Shown here: positions 9,020 through 18,083 of the stretch, piece by piece
How the letters are laid out: the number at the start of each line of letters is the position of its first letter
Numbering within the stretch: position 1 is the first letter of the stretch
Origin: a virus
Direction: 5' to 3' (one strand)
DNA: 64,000 bases
IMG/VR virus record: IMGVR_UViG_3300008266_000014
Coordinates: 91,531 to 155,530 of that record
The notes under the pieces: model-generated
Told to the model about the DNA's origin: nothing
What the model saw: the letters and a program-made list of their open reading frames with translations, nothing else
Database searches by the model: none
Translations under genes and position numbers: made by a program

Positions 9020-10367
9020 GGAGTATGGCCGCAAGGCCATTCCTTTTTTAAAGGTTGAATATTTTCAAGATAGGGTTCACAAAGCAGTATTTGATTGCGT
9101 GCATGCATTCACAAACAAATACAATAAGTTCCCATCAAAAGAAGCACTTGTTGTTGAGTTAGACAACGATAAAAATATATCTTCTTACTTTAATGAGGTA
9201 GAAGAGTTTGTAAATGCGCTTGAAGACACTCCTTCACAGAACATTCACTGGTTACTAGACCACACAGAGAAGTTCTGTCAAGATAAAGCAATTTACAATG
9301 CCATCATGAAATCAATAACGATTCTTGATGATGGCAAAGGAAACGAAAGTAAAGGGTCGATACCTCAGATCCTTTCTGATGCATTAGCAGTTTCTTTCGA
9401 TTCACATATAGGACATGATTTTCTAGAAGACTACGATGCTCGATACGATTACTACCATAAAAAAGAAAAGAGAGTACCGTTCGATTTGGAACTACTTAAC
9501 AAGATTTCCAAGGGTGGGCTACCAAACAAGACTCTCAATGTTATACTTGCTGGCACTGGTGTTGGTAAGTCTCTCTTTATGTGTCATTGTGCAGCAGCTA
9601 ACCTTTCCAAAGGTAATAATGTCCTTTACATAACAATGGAGATGGCAGAAGAGCGTATTGCAGAACGTATTGATGCCAATCTACTCAATGTCACAGTCGA
9701 TGAGTTGAGTATTCTACCAAAGGACGCATATGAGAAAAAGATTGCTCGTGTAAGAGAGAAGACAAGTGGAAAGTTGATAATTAAAGAGTATCCGACAGCA
9801 TCTGCTGGTGCTGGTCACATGAGACATCTTCTCAATGAGCTGAAAATCAAACGAAACTTTGCTCCAGACATCATCTATATTGATTACCTCAATATTTGTA
9901 CATCATCGAGACTCAAGTATGGTGCAAATGTAAACTCATATACATACATTAAGGCGATTGCAGAGGAGTTGCGAGGACTTGCTGTCGAGTTTGATGTGCC
10001 TATTGTAACTGCTACTCAAACAACGAGAAGTGGTTACACATCGAGTGATCTTGGACTTGAAGATACTAGTGAATCGTTTGGTCTTCCTGCAACAGCAGAT
10101 TTCATGATTGCGCTAATTAGTTCTGATGAACTTCAAGATCTGAATCAGTTCATGGTAAAGCAGTTAAAGAACAGATATAGTGATCCTAACATCAACAGAC
10201 GTTTTGTTATTGGTGTCGATAGACCAAAGATGCGTTTGTATGATGTCGAACAGAGTGCTCAAGAGGATGTGGTTGACGACACTCCCGTATTCGATAAATC
10301 CGATACTGGTGCAAGATTGAAACAAGAGAAGGGAAAATTCAAAGATGCTTTTAAGACGTTTGTTTAG
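8979..10367 (+). CDS. gp41: Replicative DnaB-like helicase (gp41)
   Basis: LAGTGVGKS, ITMEMAEE, IDYLNI, TATQTTR, SESFGLPATAD, QLKNRY. Confidence 0.97.
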   Translation: MIEKLILSNLLNNEEYGRKAIPFLKVEYFQDRVHKAVFDCVHAFTNKYNKFPSKEALVVELDNDKNISSYFNEVEEFVNALEDTPSQNIHWLLDHTEKFCQDKAIYNAIMKSITILDDGKGNESKGSIPQILSDALAVSFDSHIGHDFLEDYDARYDYYHKKEKRVPFDLELLNKISKGGLPNKTLNVILAGTGVGKSLFMCHCAAANLSKGNNVLYITMEMAEERIAERIDANLLNVTVDELSILPKDAYEKKIARVREKTSGKLIIKEYPTASAGAGHMRHLLNELKIKRNFAPDIIYIDYLNICTSSRLKYGANVNSYTYIKAIAEELRGLAVEFDVPIVTATQTTRSGYTSSDLGLEDTSESFGLPATADFMIALISSDELQDLNQFMVKQLKNRYSDPNINRRFVIGVDRPKMRLYDVEQSAQEDVVDDTPVFDKSDTGARLKQEKGKFKDAFKTFV

Positions 10368-10539
10368 TTTTATTACCGTAATATTCCTTTTCTCGTGGAT
10401 ATTTGCTCTTTCCGCTGTTATAATTACGATTCAAACAATCTTCTACTACATCATGAGAATGTTTGATCTTCCAGCTGATGTTATTCATGCCATGATTGAG
10501 ACCAATAAACTACATGATAGTAAAAACGAGAAAGTTTAA
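10345..10539 (+). CDS. Small membrane protein
   Basis: Hydrophobic N-half; overlaps flanking genes in tandem. Confidence 0.5.
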   Translation: MLLRRLFSFITVIFLFSWIFALSAVIITIQTIFYYIMRMFDLPADVIHAMIETNKLHDSKNEKV

Positions 10540-10975
10540 TAATAGATACCTTGCAAAAGTTATTCGTGAGGCAACAAGGTTCTATCTCGGCAGACTCCTT
10601 CCCGAAACTAAATTCAAGAAGCTCAACATAATTGTCAAACAAACAGATAGTGATTATGCCGATGGTTCATGCTACTACAAGAGCAAGTATGAATACGAAA
10701 TTGAGCTCGGTGCTCATGTATCTGTTAATCACAAATTATTAACACTTGCACACGAGTGTGTTCACGTCAAGCAATATACAACAAGACAATTGAAGACGTT
10801 TTATGTTGGTCATTACCCAGTTGATATGTGGGAAGGAAAAAGATACAGGAATCTTAAGTACGACGATCAACCGTGGGAAAGAGAAGCACTGGAATCAGAA
10901 GAAGAACTACTTTACAGCTTTATCTCAGAATGTTATGCGTTAGGTAATCTGGATCTTGAAAAACTTAAAAGCTAA
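10514..10975 (+). CDS. Putative zinc metallopeptidase
   Basis: TLAHECVHVKQ (HExxH) and PWEREA. Confidence 0.8.
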   Translation: MIVKTRKFNNRYLAKVIREATRFYLGRLLPETKFKKLNIIVKQTDSDYADGSCYYKSKYEYEIELGAHVSVNHKLLTLAHECVHVKQYTTRQLKTFYVGHYPVDMWEGKRYRNLKYDDQPWEREALESEEELLYSFISECYALGNLDLEKLKS

Positions 10976-11411
10976 GTTATTACTACTTTTGTGCTTGTAC
11001 TCCCCATCGGTTTTTGCTATGTGGGATATAAACTCACTGCTCAATGACGCCAGAGTGCTGATGAATTATGATGGATATCTATCAACACCTACTCTGGTTC
11101 CAAGATCAAGACAAGAACTAGAGGAAGTGTTTTGCCATAGTTCTGGCTGTACTGTCTCTGCGATATATACCAAAGGAGTCGTTTACTATGACTATACCTT
11201 GGATCCTAATAACATTATCGACAGATCGATAATGGTTCATGAAATGATTCATCATATTCAACGAGCTCAGTGGGGAGATACATACACTTGCAGTAGATGG
11301 TTAAAAAAAGAAAGACAGGCTTACAGACTTCAGTCTTTATACCTTTATAGAAGAGGTGTAAAGCTACCATATATTGAAACTGTAATCTCAAACTTGAAGT
11401 GTCCAATATAG
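10956..11411 (+). CDS. Secreted HExxH protein
   Basis: Signal peptide (..SVFA), VHEMIHHIQ, E.QAY..Q. Confidence 0.7.
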   Translation: MKNLKAKLLLLLCLYSPSVFAMWDINSLLNDARVLMNYDGYLSTPTLVPRSRQELEEVFCHSSGCTVSAIYTKGVVYYDYTLDPNNIIDRSIMVHEMIHHIQRAQWGDTYTCSRWLKKERQAYRLQSLYLYRRGVKLPYIETVISNLKCPI

Positions 11412-11418
11412 GAAAATT

Positions 11419-11982
11419 ATGAACGATATTCCAAACGCATCAACAGTGCAGGATCAAATAGATTGGAATCTGTACAGAAGTGGTACTTTCTATCTGACTG
11501 GAGATATTGACGAAGTTAGCTGCGGAGAGGTTATTCGTTGGATACTTTCAGAAAATATTACAGGTCAGCACAAGGAACTGAGACTATTCATTAATAGTTG
11601 TGGTGGTGAACTGTATAGTGCCTTTGCTCTGATCGATATCATGAAAGCAAGTCGTATTCCTGTTTATACAGTTGGAACAGGAAGCCTGATGAGCGCTGCA
11701 TTCTTGATCTTTATCTCTGGTGCGAGAGGCCACAGATCAATTACAAAGAATACTAGCGTCATGTCTCATCAGTTTTCTACCTTTTATGAAGGTAAAGAAC
11801 ATGACATCAAAGCATCAGAAAAAGAGACAAGATATGTCAAACAAAGGATGCTAGATATAATGAAGGAACAATGCCCGATGGATGAAAAAACAATAAAAAG
11901 AAAGCTACTGCCTCCTTCGGATGTATGGCTATCTGCGCAGGAGTGTATAGATCTAGGAGTTGCAGATGGAATCTTCGAATAA
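11419..11982 (+). CDS. clpP: ClpP-like serine protease
   Basis: INSCGG, G.LMSAA (catalytic Ser), MSHQ, DVWLSA.EC..LG.AD. Confidence 0.9.
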   Translation: MNDIPNASTVQDQIDWNLYRSGTFYLTGDIDEVSCGEVIRWILSENITGQHKELRLFINSCGGELYSAFALIDIMKASRIPVYTVGTGSLMSAAFLIFISGARGHRSITKNTSVMSHQFSTFYEGKEHDIKASEKETRYVKQRMLDIMKEQCPMDEKTIKRKLLPPSDVWLSAQECIDLGVADGIFE

Positions 11983-12613
11983 CGGTTTAAATGATTTAGT
12001 ACTGTTTAAGCATCACAATATCGACGGTATAGAAAAATGGATGTGGCCAAAATCAGATACTGGTCTTTGGGAAGGTCCTCTCTACGACTGGCCAAAACTA
12101 AAAGAAGGATTTTTAAGCCACGTAAAAAAATTTGATGTTGTCGTTCAGGCAGGTGGTGCTTGTGGAATGTATCCAAAACTTTTAAGAAACCATTTTAACT
12201 ATGTCTATACATTTGAACCGGACCCACTTAATTTTTATTGCCTTTCTCATAATTGTGACGATCCAAACATAATTAAAATTAATGCAGCGCTTGGTGATCG
12301 TAATGAGATGATGGCAATATTGAACCATAACAAAGAAAATGTAGGAACTCATCGAGTAACAACTGATGGTGAGAGATACATTCCTATGTTCACTATTGAT
12401 CAGCTAAATTTAACCGCATGTGATTATATTCAACTTGATTGTGAGACATTTGAAGAAAATGTTATTAGAGGAGCAATCAATACAATTCAAAAGTTTAAAC
12501 CTGTAATAACCTTAGAAACATGCAGTCCGGGAATAGAGCAAATGCTTTTACCGCTAGGATACTCTTTCCGAGGTAGGTTCGGGCATATAGATCAGCTCCT
12601 TTCTGTAGATTAA
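11960..12613 (+). CDS. FkbM-family SAM methyltransferase
   Basis: VQAGGACG, TFEP, IQLDCE.FE..V..GA..TI.KFKP. Confidence 0.85.
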   Translation: MQMESSNNGLNDLVLFKHHNIDGIEKWMWPKSDTGLWEGPLYDWPKLKEGFLSHVKKFDVVVQAGGACGMYPKLLRNHFNYVYTFEPDPLNFYCLSHNCDDPNIIKINAALGDRNEMMAILNHNKENVGTHRVTTDGERYIPMFTIDQLNLTACDYIQLDCETFEENVIRGAINTIQKFKPVITLETCSPGIEQMLLPLGYSFRGRFGHIDQLLSVD

Positions 12614-12634
12614 CCCACTTCGGTGGGTTTTTTT
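12612..12634 (+). terminator. Intrinsic terminator with UUCG loop
   Basis: AACCCAC-TTCG-GTGGGTT followed by T-run. Confidence 0.9.
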
Positions 12635-12648
12635 ACGAGCTAAATAAT

Positions 12649-12656
12649 TATAAATA
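12649..12656 (+). promoter_or_regulatory. T4-type late promoter TATAAATA
   Basis: Exact consensus heading the 12.7-25 kb late block. Confidence 0.8.
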
Positions 12657-12701
12657 CAAACAATGTGCAGTTAAACGGCCTAGGTAAACCTGCGGAAAAA
12701 T

Positions 12702-14234
12702 ATGAAAAAGACAAAAAAGAAACCACAAGACGTGGCACTCATCACTGGTAACCCTGCTGACAAGGTTGTTATCAGTCCAGAAGACCCACCTAAAAAATTC
12801 CAGACGGAAGCTATCAAGCTGCTCAAAACAAAGCTGAATGCTCCGGAATTCAAATACTTGGCACCAACTGATCGTGTTGAAATCGATAATCAGAATGTCG
12901 ATAAGCAGGTAAAGCATATTCGTAAAGTCGTGACAAAGATCAGCACTCAGCCTGTCACAGAGCAAGAACTCAATGATATTTTCAGTGCAGTGAATGAAGC
13001 GGGGAGAATTGGATCAATACTTTCATCTCCAGTTCGTGCTGCAGGACTTGCTGGAAAAGCACTTACTGGTCTAGGAACAGCAGCAACATTCTTATCAACA
13101 CCCCAGTCCGCAGCATTGTCGACCGCACTTGCTACCAAAGTTGTTTCTCAGAAAATGTCTGAGTTTGGTAAGTACCAGAAGAAAGCACCAACAACTACTA
13201 CATCTAAACCTGCTCAGAAAGCTTCTCCACCAAAGCAGGCAGTAAAAACTAAACCAGAGCTGGAATACGAACCACTGCCACCTAAGTTCCCTATTAAGGA
13301 TGAGCCTAAGGTACAAGTTCCACAGGCAACTGCCGCAGTGTCGCAGAAACCTAGGGAAACCACAGTGATGGGTAAAAAGTATATCGAACCTCAGGCACCG
13401 GCTCCTGCAGCCCCTTCAAGACCACAGGGTGGAGGCAAGCAAAAAGGTCAACTGAGTCAGACTCCTGGTGCAGTAAAGAAAAGACAACAAAGAGCTCAGG
13501 CAAAAGGAACAGTTGTATCTCACAGAGAATGGGACTACGACACATACATCATTGAAAAGCTCGAGCAATCGCTTTTCAGGAAATCAGAAAGAAGTGGTGT
13601 TGATGCTGAGATTCTAAGTGATGTATTTGAAAGAGGGATGAATTCCTGGAATGAAGAGTCCACAATTTCACAACAACAATTTGCAATGCAGCGTGTTAAC
13701 TCTTTCATTGCAAAGGGAAAAACCTATTACAACGAAGATGCTGATCTACAAGAAAAGTCTGTTGTGATTGGTGGTAGAAGGCATCAGCAAGCTGGTGAAG
13801 GTCCAAGAGATATTGTAAAGAGAAAGCTATCAAAGCTGTTTGGTAAACATACTCTCATTAAGAAACCTCTCACACCAACTCAGAGAGTCAAAATTGCTTT
13901 GCAAAGACTAAAGAGAAAGTATGCTCAGAGCGCAGCAGCTGTCAAGTTCAAAAAAGGACTTGGGGAGTCCATATCTAAAATCCAACAATCAATAGATGAA
14001 AGTTTCGTAGTAGATCGTGCTGCTGGTTATAGCACTACTTACACTGCTGCAGATCTTGGAATCAAGATTCAAGGTGGGTTTGCATTACATCCTTCTGTAG
14101 CAGAAGAGGGTGGAGCAGGCGACATTGGTACTACAAAACTGGTCAATAAATATAAGAAAGACACTCCAGGCGAAGCAGTGGAGCAATTGCAGCGAATGAT
14201 TCGTGCAAAAAGAAAGGCGAACACTCAATGCTAG
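12702..14234 (+). CDS. Late protein, probable head-internal polyprotein
   Basis: Downstream of late promoter; Lys/Pro-rich segments; QQFAMQRVNSF and GGAGDIGT.KL...YKKDTPGE modules. Confidence 0.65.
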   Translation: MKKTKKKPQDVALITGNPADKVVISPEDPPKKFQTEAIKLLKTKLNAPEFKYLAPTDRVEIDNQNVDKQVKHIRKVVTKISTQPVTEQELNDIFSAVNEAGRIGSILSSPVRAAGLAGKALTGLGTAATFLSTPQSAALSTALATKVVSQKMSEFGKYQKKAPTTTTSKPAQKASPPKQAVKTKPELEYEPLPPKFPIKDEPKVQVPQATAAVSQKPRETTVMGKKYIEPQAPAPAAPSRPQGGGKQKGQLSQTPGAVKKRQQRAQAKGTVVSHREWDYDTYIIEKLEQSLFRKSERSGVDAEILSDVFERGMNSWNEESTISQQQFAMQRVNSFIAKGKTYYNEDADLQEKSVVIGGRRHQQAGEGPRDIVKRKLSKLFGKHTLIKKPLTPTQRVKIALQRLKRKYAQSAAAVKFKKGLGESISKIQQSIDESFVVDRAAGYSTTYTAADLGIKIQGGFALHPSVAEEGGAGDIGTTKLVNKYKKDTPGEAVEQLQRMIRAKRKANTQC

Positions 14235-14695
14235 GTGCCAACATTCATACTAAAGAACTTCATAGAGTTCTCAAGAAAGAAGGATGGCAGCTAACAAGAA
14301 CATCAGGAGATCATGATGTATATACTCACCCTGAGGCAAAACATCATCTCTCCATTCCAAGACACAAGCAGCTTAAAGCTCCTTTAGTAGTGAAAGTGTT
14401 GAAGGCAATGAAAGTAAACGAAACCAAACTTCTTTCTTTTTCGCAATTTATTGCTGAAGCAGAATACCAAGGTCGTGATGTTCAATTGAACAAACCTATG
14501 GCAGGGGACGTCAAAAAGTCTAAGGTGTTTGTAAGAAATGCAGAAGGTAATGTCGTAAAAGTAAACTTTGGTGATAAAAACATGACGATCAAGAAAAACA
14601 TTCCGGCTCGTCGTAGAAGTTTCAGAGCAAGACATAATTGTGATGATCCAGGACCAAAGACAAAAGCAAGGTATTGGAGCTGCAAAGCATGGTAA
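14228..14695 (+). CDS. HicA-like domain fused to a conserved T4-like phage small domain
   Basis: KEL.RVLKKEGW...RTSGDH..YTHP.....IPRH (HicA); then SFSQFIAE and AEYQGR.V.LNKP...VNFGD...RARHNC..ARYWSC. Confidence 0.75.
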   Translation: MLGANIHTKELHRVLKKEGWQLTRTSGDHDVYTHPEAKHHLSIPRHKQLKAPLVVKVLKAMKVNETKLLSFSQFIAEAEYQGRDVQLNKPMAGDVKKSKVFVRNAEGNVVKVNFGDKNMTIKKNIPARRRSFRARHNCDDPGPKTKARYWSCKAW

Positions 14696-15117
14696 AAAGA
14701 TATATTACATTTTTAACTGAGGCAACTAACTCCTGTCCTCGTGCAACATACGACCTTGCCATGAATCTGGAAAACAGACAAAAGGCAATTGATGAGTATG
14801 GGTATGGCCCTTTGAATCCTCTTGAGCCTTCATCGGACTTTTGGAATGAGAAGGCAGATATGTGGAATGTATCTGTTAAGGATGCAAAGACAGCAAGATG
14901 TGGCAATTGTGCTGCGTTTGTTATTACAGACGATATGAGACAGTGTATCGTCAGTGGAAGAAAAGATGAAGATGATGAAAATGAGAACGATCACTTTGAT
15001 GTGACTGTAGAGAAGGCAGATCTTGGGTACTGTAACATCTTACACTTTAAGTGTGCAGGAGAGAGAACTTGTGATGCATGGATCGCTGGTGGTCCAATAG
15101 ATAATAAGGATGTGTAA
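14689..15117 (+). CDS. Cys-rich late protein with capsid-targeting-like N-terminus
   Basis: MVKRYITFLTEA; RCGNCAAF...GYC....FKCA..RTCDAW. Confidence 0.7.
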   Translation: MVKRYITFLTEATNSCPRATYDLAMNLENRQKAIDEYGYGPLNPLEPSSDFWNEKADMWNVSVKDAKTARCGNCAAFVITDDMRQCIVSGRKDEDDENENDHFDVTVEKADLGYCNILHFKCAGERTCDAWIAGGPIDNKDV

Positions 15118-15560
15118 TGGAATCGTTAATTGAAGAAATGAAGGTAGTTCTTGCTGATACGTTTGCAATGTATTTGAAAGCACATAACTATCACTGGAAT
15201 GTGGAGGGAAGTAACTTCCCTCAGTACCATGATTTTCTTGGCAACCTATATGAAGAGCTTCATGGTGCAGTAGATCCTATTGCAGAGCATATCAGAGCGC
15301 TAGACGCATATGCTCCTGGATCGTTAACAAGATTTAGAGAACTATCTTCTATCAGAGACAGCATGACCCCTCCTCCAACAATGGGAATGATATCAGAGCT
15401 ATATGGAGATAACGAGATTGTTATGGCATCGCTAGTGAGAACATATAAATTAGCAGAGCAGGCGAATGAAATTGGTCTGTCTAACTTTATTCAAGATAGA
15501 TATGATATCCACAAGAAGCATGCATGGATGCTACGTTCTATACTTAAGAGAGCAGAATGA
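15117..15560 (+). CDS. dps: Dps/ferritin-like DNA protection protein
   Basis: YLKAHNYHWNVEG..F...H....YEE.....D.IAEHIRAL; H.K.AWML. Confidence 0.95.
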   Translation: MESLIEEMKVVLADTFAMYLKAHNYHWNVEGSNFPQYHDFLGNLYEELHGAVDPIAEHIRALDAYAPGSLTRFRELSSIRDSMTPPPTMGMISELYGDNEIVMASLVRTYKLAEQANEIGLSNFIQDRYDIHKKHAWMLRSILKRAE

Positions 15561-16165
15561 AAACAATAAGAAGACTTTTTGAGACCAGAAAGCAAGGGAA
15601 GAGGTATAGAACTGTTGAGAATCTCATCAGAGATGTTCTTCGCGGTAAGATCTTTGAGCAAAGAGAAAAGATCGAGAAAGATCAAAGCGATCAGATTGTT
15701 GCTGGCACATACAAAACAAAGAACTTTGAGATGTGCCCTAGAGCACAAAAATTATTCACCCAGCTACCAAAAGGTACGAGTCCTAATGACGCAGAGCATG
15801 CTGCTATTCATCACGATGAGTTGTTTGCATTGGAAAAGCAGGCTGTGGCAAAGGAAAGAAGTACCAAGGCGGATGTTGAAGAAGCCAAACATCTTGTTGC
15901 AATGATTCGTCAGTTAGGTAAGACGATGAAGATCGAAGGTAAGATGGATTATCTTGACGATCACGTTGCAAAAATAGCTTCGTATATGCAAGATGAAAAA
16001 GAAACATATGATAACCCATCACCGGAAATGATGAAGAAGAGATTCACATCTCCTCCAATGTCAAGAACAAAAGAGCCTGATGATAGAGACATTGATAACT
16101 CAAAGTTTCTAGTTTCCAGAAACATTAAGGCACAAAGAAAACTTAAAATTATCGACGCAGACTAA
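15557..16165 (+). CDS. Late hypothetical protein
   Basis: Intact ORF in late operon; MKTIRRLFE N-terminus. Confidence 0.7.
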   Translation: MKTIRRLFETRKQGKRYRTVENLIRDVLRGKIFEQREKIEKDQSDQIVAGTYKTKNFEMCPRAQKLFTQLPKGTSPNDAEHAAIHHDELFALEKQAVAKERSTKADVEEAKHLVAMIRQLGKTMKIEGKMDYLDDHVAKIASYMQDEKETYDNPSPEMMKKRFTSPPMSRTKEPDDRDIDNSKFLVSRNIKAQRKLKIIDAD

Positions 16166-16166
16166 A

Positions 16167-18083
16167 ATGAAGAATCTCTACGAATCAATCAAACAAGTTA
16201 TCTCTGAGAAAACTCTTACACCTTTTCAGCAAGAGTTTGCAAAGCAGATGAAGGAGAAGGGTGCTGGTAAGACCTTTACATGGCAAGATCCTAAGACAGG
16301 AAAGAGCACAGAAATCCTTTTGAAGTATAAAGAGGAACCAAAGCCTCAGGCTGCAGTTAAGCCAGAAGCAAAAAAAGAACCACCTAAGGTAGAGCCAGCA
16401 AAACCAGAAGTCAAAAAGCCAGAGCCAGAGGCTGGTGTTGATAAGAAGAAAAGCGATGAGCTGTTTGCCGACATCAGAAAAGATGCGCAAGGTAAGTCAC
16501 CAGAAGAGGTTCGTGCTGCTGCTCAGAAGGCATTAAAAGACACAGAAGCTGATCTTGCCAAGAAGGAAGGTCCAAAGCCAGCCGAACCAATTAAGACAGA
16601 ACCACAGTCTGCAGAGATGGAAATCAAAACTGTAGACATGATTAAAGACAAAGAAAAGAATTCTAAAAAAACTAACGAGGAAATTAAAATGTCAATAAAC
16701 AAGAAATTTAATGTTTCTGACGCTCTTTACAGCTCTGTCATGGAAGTTATGGCAAAGTCTTCTGGGGGCACAGTCCCAAAGAACGAAAAACAGAAGCAAC
16801 TTGCTGCAAAGCATGGAGATCCAAATGTCATTACTCACGGTGATGTGTTGAAAGCACGTGGCGTAAAGATGAAGGAAGAGACTGAACAAGTTGATGAACT
16901 GAGCACAAAGACTCTTTCTTCTTACGTCAAAAAACGTGGTGCCCAATTAAGAGGTGGGTATGAGGACTCGGAGAAAGTTAAAGGTATTAATGCTGCTCTT
17001 AGAAAGATTAAACAAAATTCAGTTAAAGAAGATATCGAGCAGGTTGATGAACTCTCGCGTGGCAAGTTAGTTGGATACATTGAGAAAGCATCAAAGACCA
17101 AGGGTTCAGAAGCAATTGCACGGGTTGCTGGTATCAAGAAAGCAGCTCAGAAGTTGAAAGACATCAAGAAGCAGTCGATGCAGTCTGAGGATGTTGAGCA
17201 GGTCGATGAGATTAGTAAAGGTACTCTAGGATCATACATTTCTAAATCTGCAGACAAGGCTCGTGAACATGGTTTTTATGGTGGTGTTGCCTTCACTAAA
17301 GGAAAGCTGGGTCAAAGCGATTATCATGCAAAAAAAGAGTTGAAACGTACCACAGGAATCAACAAAGCATTAGGTCGTCTAACAAAAGAAGAAGCTCTTG
17401 ATGAAGCCAAGAAACTAATTTCTAAGCACGGTGAAGATCAGCCTATCTCTGCTAAGGTCTATAAAGACACAGAGTGGAATGAGTATCAGGTTCATTTCTT
17501 CAAAGATGGTAAGCACATGGGAGAAGGCCCTGTTAGCTATCACGATGACAAAGAAGATGCTCAGAATACAGCAGATCATGCATTGGAAAAGATGAATAAG
17601 TCAAAAACCAATGCAGCCTCGATCGTTGCAGCTGCAAAGAAGCGTTCAGCTGGTGAACATGCAATGGAAGAGAGAATCATCGAAGGTACAATGAGAGGTG
17701 GTAAGTATGTTGATGATGCACCACGTCCAGGAACAAATGAAGTTCCAGTTCCTGACGAGGGGTACAGACCACCAAAGTCTCAACCAAAGAAGCCAGTCAA
17801 ATCTTCTGATACAACAAAGTTGAATGACGTGGAAGAATCAAAGAACATGGACACTCCTGGTAACAGCTACGAGCATCAGTGTGCGATCCATGTAAGAAGT
17901 GAGTCATTTGGTGACGGTCGTACTATTACCACACAACATGCTGATCCAGACGAGTATGGTAACATTGCATGGTACGATGTTATGTTTGAGCACGGAATCG
18001 AGAAGTTTGTTCCAACAAACTCACTTGAGATCCTTGTTTCTGAGTCGCATATGCATTCCAAGCGTAAGAAAAAAGGAATGTAA
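16167..18083 (+). CDS. Probable head-internal polyprotein with EQVDE repeats
   Basis: Three EQVDE(L/I)S..L..Y..K modules; C-terminal HQCA.HV...WYDVMFEHGIE domain. Confidence 0.75.
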   Translation: MKNLYESIKQVISEKTLTPFQQEFAKQMKEKGAGKTFTWQDPKTGKSTEILLKYKEEPKPQAAVKPEAKKEPPKVEPAKPEVKKPEPEAGVDKKKSDELFADIRKDAQGKSPEEVRAAAQKALKDTEADLAKKEGPKPAEPIKTEPQSAEMEIKTVDMIKDKEKNSKKTNEEIKMSINKKFNVSDALYSSVMEVMAKSSGGTVPKNEKQKQLAAKHGDPNVITHGDVLKARGVKMKEETEQVDELSTKTLSSYVKKRGAQLRGGYEDSEKVKGINAALRKIKQNSVKEDIEQVDELSRGKLVGYIEKASKTKGSEAIARVAGIKKAAQKLKDIKKQSMQSEDVEQVDEISKGTLGSYISKSADKAREHGFYGGVAFTKGKLGQSDYHAKKELKRTTGINKALGRLTKEEALDEAKKLISKHGEDQPISAKVYKDTEWNEYQVHFFKDGKHMGEGPVSYHDDKEDAQNTADHALEKMNKSKTNAASIVAAAKKRSAGEHAMEERIIEGTMRGGKYVDDAPRPGTNEVPVPDEGYRPPKSQPKKPVKSSDTTKLNDVEESKNMDTPGNSYEHQCAIHVRSESFGDGRTITTQHADPDEYGNIAWYDVMFEHGIEKFVPTNSLEILVSESHMHSKRKKKGM

